Assembly (NCBI GenBank): GCA_041690135.1
Contig: JAWLHY010000003.1
Location: forward strand, 64,001-128,000
Length of the DNA stretch: 64,000 nt
Direction: 5' to 3'
Source: Armatimonadota bacterium
Lineage (GTDB): Bacteria > Armatimonadota > SYMT01
Positions within the stretch are counted from its first letter, which is position 1, and every line of letters begins with the position of its first letter. Below the pieces are notes generated by a model that ran no database searches, was not told the origin of the DNA, and saw only the letters and a program-made list of their open reading frames with translations. This document shows positions 10,121-18,509 of the stretch, piece after piece. A program made the position numbers and the translations under genes.

Positions 10121-11968
10121 ATGCCGGCATGGGTGGGTGTGTTGAACCTGGATGGCTCCCCACTGGAGGAGGCGGACCTTCGCCGCCTCCAGTGGGCCGC
10201 CGCGGACCTGCGGGGTTCGGCTGTGAGCCTCTGCGCCCCGTCGGGATCGCCCTGTGGAATGGCGATCGCCTCCTGGGAGCACGGGCCCAGGATCGCGGGC
10301 TGGCCGAGCGTTCCGGCTCCCCAGGACGGAAATCATCTGCGCGTCGTGTGCGAAGGCTGGATCGACGCGGAGGGAACGACCAGGGTGACCGGGGCGACCG
10401 GGGAAGGGGAAGGCTCCGCGGAGATCGTTGCGGAGGCTTACCGCAAGTGGGGCGACGGTTGCCCGGCACACCTGCACGGGGATTACGCCTTTGCCCTCTG
10501 GGACGCCCGGGAGCAGCGCCTGTTGTGTGCCCGCGACACCGGCCAGACGAAGCCGTTCTTTTACGCGGTGTGCGGCCACCGCTTCCTCTGGGCCTCGGAT
10601 CCGCGCCCGCTCCTGGAGCACTGGCCGCTCTCCCGTGACTTCGATGTTCCCTATCTCACCACTTACATGGTGATCGCCGACCGGAACTGGGAGCGAACAC
10701 CCTACACCGCCGTCCGGAAGCTGTCGGGAGGGCATGCCCTGGTGGCGGAGCGTGGCGGCGTACGCTCCTGGCGCTGGTGGGAGCTTCCCGAGCCCGGCTC
10801 CCTCCGCTACCGGCGGGCGGAAGAATACCAGGAGCACCTGCGGGAGCTTCTGGAGCAGGCGGTGCGTGCCCGGCTCCGGGGAGCCGAGCGGGTCTCCGTG
10901 GCCCTCAGCCGGGGGATCGACTCGGCCTCGATCGCCGCCGTGGGCGCCGCCGCCTTCCGGCAGGAAGGCGCGTCCCCTTCCCGCCTGCACTGTGTGACGG
11001 TAAGCTGCACGGACTATCCGGAGGCAGACGAGAGCCCGGATGCCCGCCGCATCGCGAAGCGCCTGGGGCTGCCGCACCAGGTGGTGCCCGCCACCCCGGA
11101 GGCCTGGGATGCCCGTGAGGCACTGGCGCTGCTTGCCGAGCCGAGCGGCATCGTCGGCTACTGGGGCATCTGGGAGGCAATCGCGGCCGGCTGCCTCGCC
11201 ACCGGCAGCCGCGTGCTGCTTACCGGGCAGGGGGGCGAGCTGGTTTCCTGCGACTGCTACCTTTCCCGCCTCTTCCGCGCGAAGCGTTACGGGGAGGTCG
11301 CGCGGGAGCTGTGGCGGTGGCGCCGGGCCGGCGCTCCGCACGCGCCCCTGCTCCGGTTGGAGCTGGCGCAGCTCCAGAACCCGGTGACCCACTGGGCGCC
11401 CGTGGACGGCCTGGAGCCCTACGATTGGCTCCGGCACCCCGAGCTCTGCCGGATGGACATGGAGTGCCTGGGGCAGGCGCACCCTATCCTCCGAAACAAC
11501 CACTACGACTTCGTGGAGGTCGCGCAGGCCACGACCGGGCTCCAGCCGCTCTTCACCCGCCACGGGATCGAGCTGCGCCATCCGCTGCAAGACCGGCGGC
11601 TGGTGGAGTTCGCCTACAGCCTCCCCGTGGAATGGAAGCTGCCGGCGAAAGGTCCTGGGAGTCGCCTGCTTGACAAGCCCCTCCTGCGCCGCGCCCTGGC
11701 GCCGGAGCTGACCCTGGAGCTGCCGAAACCTAGCGCGAGCGTCCGGCGCATGCTGGGACGGCATCGGCACCGGTACTGGACGGCGTTCCGGGACCTCCTC
11801 CAGGACCCGCCGGAGGCGCTGGCCGCGGTGGCCGACATCGATCGTTTGCGTGAGCGCTCCGTGGACCTGCTGCAAGATCGCGGCGGAAAGCGGTTCGTGG
11901 CGCTCACGGCCATTCTTGCCTGGTGGCTCGCAGCCGCGGAACAGGCAAGGCATCCCGCCGTTGTTTGA
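10121..11968 (+). CDS. Lasso peptide cyclase (isopeptide bond-forming, asparagine synthetase-like)
   Basis: GDYAFALWD/LLCARD Ntn-like region lacking the N-terminal Cys; ALSRGIDS PP-loop; LTGQGGE; RHPLQDRRLVEF. ACAGGAG RBS; adjacent to PqqD and B2 genes. Confidence 0.9.
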   Translation: MPAWVGVLNLDGSPLEEADLRRLQWAAADLRGSAVSLCAPSGSPCGMAIASWEHGPRIAGWPSVPAPQDGNHLRVVCEGWIDAEGTTRVTGATGEGEGSAEIVAEAYRKWGDGCPAHLHGDYAFALWDAREQRLLCARDTGQTKPFFYAVCGHRFLWASDPRPLLEHWPLSRDFDVPYLTTYMVIADRNWERTPYTAVRKLSGGHALVAERGGVRSWRWWELPEPGSLRYRRAEEYQEHLRELLEQAVRARLRGAERVSVALSRGIDSASIAAVGAAAFRQEGASPSRLHCVTVSCTDYPEADESPDARRIAKRLGLPHQVVPATPEAWDAREALALLAEPSGIVGYWGIWEAIAAGCLATGSRVLLTGQGGELVSCDCYLSRLFRAKRYGEVARELWRWRRAGAPHAPLLRLELAQLQNPVTHWAPVDGLEPYDWLRHPELCRMDMECLGQAHPILRNNHYDFVEVAQATTGLQPLFTRHGIELRHPLQDRRLVEFAYSLPVEWKLPAKGPGSRLLDKPLLRRALAPELTLELPKPSASVRRMLGRHRHRYWTAFRDLLQDPPEALAAVADIDRLRERSVDLLQDRGGKRFVALTAILAWWLAAAEQARHPAVV

Positions 11969-12015
11969 CGGGCGGCGGAGATCGCTCCTCTACGTCAAGA
12001 TAGGAAACCTGTCCG

Positions 12016-12174
12016 ATGAACAAGCAGAAGAAGCAGTATGAAGGAATCCGTCTGGAAGCATACGGCTCGCTGACCGAGCTGGTGCTCGACCGCTGCAACG
12101 GCGGCGACGGCGACTTCAACACCGTCCATGGCGGCGAGGACTCGAGCCCGCTGCCGTTCCAGACCAACAAGTAA
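12016..12174 (+). CDS. Lasso peptide precursor (52 aa), below the ORF-track cutoff
   Basis: MNKQKKQYEGIRLEAYGSLTELVL-DRCNGGDGDFNTVHGGEDSSPLPFQTNK. Y/L/G spacing of the lasso leader motif; AGGA RBS; lies between the cyclase and the RRE. Confidence 0.85.
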   Translation: MNKQKKQYEGIRLEAYGSLTELVLDRCNGGDGDFNTVHGGEDSSPLPFQTNK

Positions 12175-12195
12175 ACCCGGAGCGGCAAGCAGCGT

Positions 12196-12259
12196 CCGGC
12201 CCCTCTCGTTGACCCCGCGAGGGGCCGGCACTTCCGGAGACCGGGGAAACCCGGTCTCC
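12196..12259 (+). promoter_or_regulatory. Two stem-loops directly after the precursor gene
   Basis: CCGGCCCCTC...GAGGGGCCGG (12196-12228) and GGAGACCGGG-GAAA-CCCGGTCTCC (12236-12259). Confidence 0.7.
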
Positions 12260-12301
12260 ACCCATCTCATTGTAGATTGAAACGATCACCCGAGCAAAAC
12301 C

Positions 12302-12598
12302 ATGATGGAGCTGGACCAACCCTTTGTGCTCTCCCCCGCCGTGCAGGATACGGAGGCGGACGGCGATCTCGTGCTGCTCGATCTCGAGCGCGAGCAGTTC
12401 TTCGGGCTGAACGAGGCGGGCGCCCACCTGTGGCGCGGCCTGGCGGAAGGACGCACCCCGCGTCAGATCATCGCAGAGCTGGCCGAGTGCTACGACGCAC
12501 CGGAAGAGCGGCTGCGGGCGGATGTGCTGGCCACGCTGGAACAGTTCGCGACGCGCGGATGGGTGACCCCGCAGGCCTCGCCCGCAGTGGGAGGGTAG
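12302..12598 (+). CDS. PqqD-family RiPP recognition element (lasso B1)
   Basis: DGDLVLLD..QFFGLNEAGAHLWRGL..LAECYDA..LRADV signature. Confidence 0.92.
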   Translation: MMELDQPFVLSPAVQDTEADGDLVLLDLEREQFFGLNEAGAHLWRGLAEGRTPRQIIAELAECYDAPEERLRADVLATLEQFATRGWVTPQASPAVGG

Positions 12599-12603
12599 CC
12601 GGG

Positions 12604-13104
12604 ATGATCGGCACTCTCCGCCGGGCATGGCTCTTCACCCGGGCCTATGCGCAACTGCTCCGGATCCAGAGGGTCCTCCTCCAGCGGGGCTTCTCCGGTC
12701 TCCAGGCGGATTATCTCCTTCCCTGGAAGCCGGGGAGCCGGCCCGTCCGCGCGCAGGACCGCCTGGCCCAGGAGGTGGAATGGGCCGTGGAGCAGGCCTG
12801 CGCCTGGCAACTCCGGCGCACCGTCTGCCTGCATCGCGCCACCCTCGCCTACAGCCTTCTTCGCGCCATCGGCGGCCGGCCCCGCTTCGTGATGGGCGTG
12901 GCCGGCCGCCCGTTCGGCTCGCACGCCTGGGTCGAGCTGGAAGGAGAGCCTTTTGCCGACGGCGAGATGGAAGCCTCTCGCTATCATTTCCGGCCGATCC
13001 TCTCACTTCCGGCGACTGCCCGTCTCAACCCGTCAGGCGGAGAGGAACCGCGATCACCGCTAGCGCGTTGTAATAGCTCAGCACCCGCGCGTCGCGGCGC
13101 ATGA
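12604..13104 (+). CDS. Lasso peptide B2 leader peptidase (transglutaminase-like)
   Basis: CLHRA and PFGSHAWVE motifs; GGGAGG RBS; 3' end overlaps the convergent gene by 80 nt. Confidence 0.92.
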   Translation: MIGTLRRAWLFTRAYAQLLRIQRVLLQRGFSGLQADYLLPWKPGSRPVRAQDRLAQEVEWAVEQACAWQLRRTVCLHRATLAYSLLRAIGGRPRFVMGVAGRPFGSHAWVELEGEPFADGEMEASRYHFRPILSLPATARLNPSGGEEPRSPLARCNSSAPARRGA

Positions 13105-14572
13105 GCGTCAGGAAGAGGCGGGCCGGGCTTCCCGCGCGCAGCAGCGGCACGAGCGAGGGCCAGGCGATCCGGACCCGCACTTCATACATGGGATGACCGG
13201 GCTGCACCACCGCATCACCCGGTCCCGCGAGCCGCATCTCGTCGTCTCCTCCGAGCTCAACGGAAAAGCACTCCCCACAGCCTTCGCCGTCTAGCCGCAG
13301 GCGGTACTCCAGACGGGGGTCGGTCAATCGCGGCAACCGCAGCGCCAATCCCAGGCTACCTTCCTCGCGCCAGGCGCAGAGTGCCGGGAGGTCGAAGTCC
13401 TCGTCCGACGCATGCACGAGGAGCCGGTCCAGGCCTCCCGGCGCCGGTGGAACCGGGCCGCGGCTCCACGGCCCCTCGGCCCGCTCGACTCGCAGCCTGC
13501 TCCACCCTACCTGCTCCAGCAGGTCCATCGGTTCGGGAGCGAGGAGAGCGGTCTCCGGCGCCCCCAGGTCCACCCAGGCACCCCGGAACCCCAGGCAGCG
13601 GGGATAGCTCCGGCGCGGCCGGCCCGGTACCGGGCCGCTTCCGGAGAGAGGGTCCTCACCGCAGAGCCGGCCCAGCAGGCGCCGGGCGAGGTCGACCGCG
13701 TCGCCGGCGCCGAACTCCCACACCAGCTCGCCGAAGCGGCCCGCGTCGAAGTCCGGCAGCCGGAACAGGTCGCGGATCTCCGCCAGCAGTCCCAGCCGGA
13801 CCGGCTGCGCGAGCAGGAACGGCGACTGGAGGTACTCCTTGAACTCGTGCGCGCAGAGGATGAGCGCGGCCATTTCGGGCCGGGGGACGCGGAAGCCCTC
13901 CAGGTCCGGAGTTCGCGCCCGGGTCAGGTGCGGCAGCAGATCCGCGAACCGGAGTTCTCTCTGGCGGGGCATGGCGTGAGGCTGAAGCCAGATTCCCGGG
14001 TTCCGCTCCGGCGTGAGATCGAGGTCATGCATCCCGGGCGGATAGGAGTAGACCGGAAAGTAGCGGTGAATCTCCAGGGCCACACCGCCGCGCCGGAAAC
14101 TTCCGAGCTCGTGCCGCCATTCATAGTCGAACGCGCCGGTGTAGCCCAATGCCTCCAGTGCGGGCTGAAGCGTTTCCACTTCCGAACAGAGGAGGTCGAC
14201 GTCGCCGCTGTAGCGCAGCCCCGCCTGATTTCCGGTCAGAGCGTAGGTAGTCATCCCCTTGATGACCACCGGACGGTGCTCCGGTGTGAGAACGGTGTGA
14301 AGCTCCCGCAGGGCTCCCACCTGACGCTCGTAGTTGGCCAGCGCGGCGGCCCGCTGGGCGCGCATCGCCTGGAGCAGCGCCGGGGTGCACCACGGGGGGA
14401 CCTCTCCCTCCTTGACCCGCCGCAAGAACCGCCCGGCGAGCCGGTGCCGGACCAGCAGATCACAAAGATGGCCGGGGTCGAGACCGGCCTCCACCGGCGC
14501 CTCTTCCCGCAGGCCGGCGGCCCAGCAAAGCGCCTCGAGCCCGGGCGGGTAAGTCTCCTCCGGGGCCCTCAT
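13025..14572 (-). CDS. Nucleotidyltransferase family protein (NTP_transf_5-like) with C-terminal extension
   Basis: VVIKG, RYSGDVDLL and LEIH motifs, typical of lasso-associated nucleotidyltransferases. Confidence 0.85.
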   Translation of the reverse strand: MRAPEETYPPGLEALCWAAGLREEAPVEAGLDPGHLCDLLVRHRLAGRFLRRVKEGEVPPWCTPALLQAMRAQRAAALANYERQVGALRELHTVLTPEHRPVVIKGMTTYALTGNQAGLRYSGDVDLLCSEVETLQPALEALGYTGAFDYEWRHELGSFRRGGVALEIHRYFPVYSYPPGMHDLDLTPERNPGIWLQPHAMPRQRELRFADLLPHLTRARTPDLEGFRVPRPEMAALILCAHEFKEYLQSPFLLAQPVRLGLLAEIRDLFRLPDFDAGRFGELVWEFGAGDAVDLARRLLGRLCGEDPLSGSGPVPGRPRRSYPRCLGFRGAWVDLGAPETALLAPEPMDLLEQVGWSRLRVERAEGPWSRGPVPPAPGGLDRLLVHASDEDFDLPALCAWREEGSLGLALRLPRLTDPRLEYRLRLDGEGCGECFSVELGGDDEMRLAGPGDAVVQPGHPMYEVRVRIAWPSLVPLLRAGSPARLFLTLMRRDARVLSYYNALAVIAVPLRLTG

Positions 14573-15540
14573 GCCGCCGCCTCTCCCCGGCTCAAACCGG
14601 CGTCGTTGGCCCTGAGCGCCAGGGAGCGGATGACGGATACCAGCTCGGGCAGGATGTCGAACCGCTTCGGATACTCCAGGGTATAGACGGGTACCGCCCG
14701 CGCGACCGCCGCGTACTGCGCCATGACGTGTCGCGTCTCAAAAGGGGGCGCGGAACCGAGCACCGCCATCGAGTTCCGCATCAAGAGGGGAACGACCCGG
14801 GCCGCCGGCTGACGCTCGGCGCGTACTTCGGCGGCCTCGGGCCGGGGCTGGAGCGCGAACACGGCGGCCAGGGGAGCCGCCTGGACGGCCCGGCGCTCCG
14901 GGGGCACGGGATACCACCACTTGTCTCGCCCGTTTCCCACTTCCGGCATTCCGCCGCCGTCCACGCCGTACCGGTCGAGCAGTTCGCGTCCGACCTTGGG
15001 GTAAAGGGAAACGGCGGGAACGGCAATCGCCCGCCCGTGCTCCAGGCGCACCGGAACCGCGTCGTCATTGGCGAAGAGCCCGCCCGCCTCCAGCAGCGCC
15101 CAGAGCGTCGTCGATTTGCCCGTTCCCGAAGGGGCGAGGAGGGCGACACGGCGATCCTCCAGGTCCACCGCGGCGGCATGGAGAGACAGATACCCCCGGA
15201 TAGCTGAGCAGAGCCCCAGCCCCATTCCGAGGACGTAGGTCGCGGCCTCCGCGTGGTGCTCGGGCGGCGCGTCCACCCCGATCCGCTCGCCGCGCTCGTG
15301 AACGTGCAACCGGAAGCGGTCGCGCACCCGCAGGAGGAAACCCTCCTCCTGCCGGTACCACGCCAGGGCCCCACCGAAGTAACTGGCGAGGCAATCCGTC
15401 TCCACCGCGGGCGGCAGGTCCTGAAACTCCACGCGGAGGGGTTCGGAGCCGCCGGCGCCCTCCGCGGGACGACAGCGCGCGTCGCACGGGAGCACCAGGT
15501 CGCTCTTCACCTGGAACTGCTGAATGAAATAATGTTGCAT
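14569..15540 (-). CDS. HPr kinase-like P-loop protein (lasso-associated kinase)
   Basis: LHAAAV, APSGTGKST and ANDD motifs; ATGA overlap with the nucleotidyltransferase. Confidence 0.88.
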   Translation of the reverse strand: MQHYFIQQFQVKSDLVLPCDARCRPAEGAGGSEPLRVEFQDLPPAVETDCLASYFGGALAWYRQEEGFLLRVRDRFRLHVHERGERIGVDAPPEHHAEAATYVLGMGLGLCSAIRGYLSLHAAAVDLEDRRVALLAPSGTGKSTTLWALLEAGGLFANDDAVPVRLEHGRAIAVPAVSLYPKVGRELLDRYGVDGGGMPEVGNGRDKWWYPVPPERRAVQAAPLAAVFALQPRPEAAEVRAERQPAARVVPLLMRNSMAVLGSAPPFETRHVMAQYAAVARAVPVYTLEYPKRFDILPELVSVIRSLALRANDAGLSRGEAAA

Positions 15541-15558
15541 TTTCAATCGATGCGAAAA

Positions 15559-16326
15559 CTACGGCACCTTGGTCAGGGTGAAGAGGTTGTCCTGCTTTGC
15601 GTCGCCTCGGCCCACGCCCGGCGGAAGCAGGTCGCCGAGGCGGTTCTGCCGGTGGAAGTCGGTAATTGCCGCGCTGCCGCCCACACTGTCGCGCGGCGTC
15701 ACCCGGACCGCCTTCGCATGGCCGTCGTACCACACCACGTTGGCCCACTCGTTGTGCCTGCCGTGCGCGGTCGGCGTCCCGGCGAAGGAGGGCTGCCGCA
15801 GTGTGCGAGAGCGGGCCAGGGCGCCCGTGGCCGGCGAGCGCCAGCCGGTATCCGCGAGGATGATTGTATCCGTCGGCGCTTCGAAGGCCGCCTGGGAGGG
15901 CGGGGGAACGAACCCCGCCCCGTAAACCATGATGTTGAGACCGTAGGCCAGGCGGTAGTTGTTCGCTACCGGAATACCCGCCGCCGAGGGACAGTCCACA
16001 ATCGGCGCGCTCTTCATATACGGCTGGATCAGCCCCTGGGAGATGTCGAACTGCCCGGTGCTCGCGTCGTAGACGGAGTCCCAGTAGTAGAAGAGATTTC
16101 CGGTCGGGTCGGTGCCGCCGTTCACCACGCAGAACGTCTCGTCGTAGTCCTGGGCGTACATCAGCCAGGCCGTGCCGAACTGCTTCAGGTTGGAAAGGCA
16201 ACTGGTGGAGCGGGCGGCTTCCCGCGCCCGGGCGAACACCGGAAAGAGGATGGCGGCCAAGATGGCGATGATGGCTATCACGACGAGCAGTTCGATCAGC
16301 GTGAAGCCGCGCGCGGATCTGCGCAT
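15559..16326 (-). CDS. Prepilin-type N-terminal cleavage/methylation, DUF1559 / H-X9-DG protein (paralog of 9217)
   Basis: RG|[32 protein letters not shown]; [18 protein letters not shown]; AGGAG RBS. Confidence 0.9.
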   Translation of the reverse strand: MRRSARGFTLIELLVVIAIIAILAAILFPVFARAREAARSTSCLSNLKQFGTAWLMYAQDYDETFCVVNGGTDPTGNLFYYWDSVYDASTGQFDISQGLIQPYMKSAPIVDCPSAAGIPVANNYRLAYGLNIMVYGAGFVPPPSQAAFEAPTDTIILADTGWRSPATGALARSRTLRQPSFAGTPTAHGRHNEWANVVWYDGHAKAVRVTPRDSVGGSAAITDFHRQNRLGDLLPPGVGRGDAKQDNLFTLTKVP

Positions 16327-16385
16327 GGTAGGTCTCCTGAATGAATGGCCGCTCCGAACGGGAACGGCAGGATGGAAGGCAAAGC

Positions 16386-18491
16386 TTATTCCCGGCACAT
16401 GCCCAGTTCCCGCATCTTCGCCAGCACGTCGCGACCGTGAGAGCTCACGCTTACGTTGCGCGTGATCCAGCGCACGATGCCGCGACGGTCGATCAACACG
16501 GACTGCCGGGTGGCGAGCTCGCCGGAGCCGTTGGCGGCGCCGTACAGGACGGAAAGGTTGCGGCTGGTGTCCGAAAGGTAGCGGAACTCGGTCCCCAGCT
16601 CGCCGGCAAAGGCGCGCTGCTGGTCGCCGGCATCCACGGAAACCGCCAGCACCGTCGTGTCGTTCTTCTCGAAGTTCTGGCGCTCGGCACGGAGCGACCC
16701 CAGATGGTTCCGTCAACCATCGGTGAAGCACTTGGGAAAGTAGGTCAACAGCAGGTGCCGCCGGTCGCGGAAATCGGCGAGCCGAACCTCCGCGCCGGAG
16801 GCGTCGGTGAGGGTGAACTCGGGCGCGGGCTCCCCCACCCGGAACGCGGGCGTCGGGTCGGGCGCGGCGGTGCGGAGCAGGGCCCGTAGCGCCGCGGCAT
16901 CCTGCGGCAATTCCCGGCTGCGGCGGACGAAGCCCGCCCGATCGACCAGCAGGAGCGCGCCCGCCGGCGGCACCCGCGAGAGCAACTCGCCGGAGGGGTC
17001 GTGGAGGGGCACCAGTCCCGGAGCAGCGGAGGCGCGCCGCACCGGTTGGGGGGAGACCAGAACCGGCTCCATCCCGGCGGCGCGCCAGCGCTCGATCGTC
17101 CCTGCGTCCATCGCCTCCAGAATCGGGGGCAGCGTCTCGGGCTGCGCTACCGCCACCAGGGCCAGCCCGCGCCGGCCGCGCATCGATTTGGAGCTCCACT
17201 CCGCGGCGATCCCGGCGTGCGGCAGCACAAAGTCCGGAAGGGGCGCGCCTACCGGCAGGGGTGCGGGGGACTTCCGGCCGAGCCCGGCGGTGAGGAGCCT
17301 CTGCCCCTTCTCCACGTCGCGCTCCTCGCGCACCAGGAGGGCCAGGTGTTCCAGCCGCTCGACCCGGCCCCGGAGGGCGCTCCCTTCCTGAAGGTATCCG
17401 GCGGTCCGGATGAGGTGGTCTCCGGCCGACATTGGAATGACTGCCAGCGGCCTTCCCAGCCGTCGGGACAGCTCCGTCACCCGCGCCTGCTGTGGCCGGA
17501 ACTGGTCGATATCAACGAACGGGGCGAGCCAGCGGCCTTCGAGGAACACCCCGTCGAACCGGCCCGTGCCGAGCCACGCGTACCAGTCTTGCGCCGTGCG
17601 CACGTCGTGGAAGTCGCGGTCGGTGTAATACTCGGCGTAGCCGTTGATCCACACCCGGCCGCCGGTCCGGCGCTTCCGGTAATGGTCCGCCAGCTCCACC
17701 GCCAGCCGTCGCAGCGCGTCGCGCCGGGCGTCCACCCAGGCCCGCAGGACCGGGTTGAGCCGGAGCCCGGCGATATTGTCGAGCCCGAAGTCGATGGGGT
17801 CGAGCCCGTGCTTCCGTGCGAACTCCGCGCGGGCCAGCGGGTGGAATCCGTAGATCTCGCGCTCGCTGTAGCGCACATCGAGCACGACACCGGCCGCTTC
17901 CGGAAAGCGCTCCGCCAGCTCGCTCAGGAGATCCGCCAGGGCGCGCCGGGTCTCCGGATGGCTGGGCGAAGCGTAGCGGGCCTCCGGTCGCGGATCGGCG
18001 AACCCGTACTGGTTCAGTTCCTCGAGCCGCGGATGACGCTGAAAGAGACCCTGCGGCCGCTCAACGCCGGTCTTCTGCCAGGCCAGCACGTCCAGTCCCA
18101 GGTACACCGGCACTCCCGCCGTCTGGGCGGCGCGGAGCAGCTCTCGCAGGCTGCGCTCGTCCCGCTCTGGGTCGGGGTTCCGGTCCCGGAAGAGGGAAAC
18201 TTGCGTGCCGTAGAAGCAGCGGCCGTCATCGAATACCGGCACAATAAGACCGCCGACCTTACTGCCGGAGGCCCGGAACGGCTCCAGGGCCCGGCCCCCG
18301 GCACACTGGGAGCGCAGCCACTCCCAATCCGGGGGACGGGAGTCGAGGGTCGAGTGCCCCAGCGAAAGCCAGACCGCCGGGTCGGGGCTCGTCTTCGGAG
18401 GGGCGGGAGCAGCGCCGGCCGCGGGCAGCAGCCGGGTCGCGAGCAGGCCCGCGGCGAGGCCCAGGGGAAGGGGATGCAGGGGAGTTCGCAT
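16386..18491 (-). CDS. Secreted fusion: glycoside hydrolase-like (GHL10-type) TIM domain + degenerate redoxin + peroxiredoxin domain with predicted selenocysteine (UGA 16713-16715)
   Basis: ORFs 16713-18491 and 16386-16652 share a frame with only TGA between them. The joined read is [17 protein letters not shown]..., placing UGA at the peroxidatic Cys of PxxxTxxC. A hairpin follows downstream. Confidence 0.85.
16677..16703 (-). promoter_or_regulatory. Candidate bacterial SECIS element
   Basis: On the - strand after UGA: CTGG-GGT-CGCTC-[CGTGCC]-GAGCG-CCAG; the apical loop containing GU starts 22 nt after UGA. Confidence 0.7.
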
Positions 18492-18509
18492 GGGGAGACC
18501 TGACCTTTC

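Noticed and set aside
10121-11968. Asparagine synthetase AsnB
   Set aside because: Lacks the N-terminal catalytic Cys and sits with precursor/PqqD/B2 genes, so it is called a lasso cyclase.
12302-12598. PQQ biosynthesis (pqqD)
   Set aside because: No pqqA/B/C/E nearby; the context is lasso RRE.
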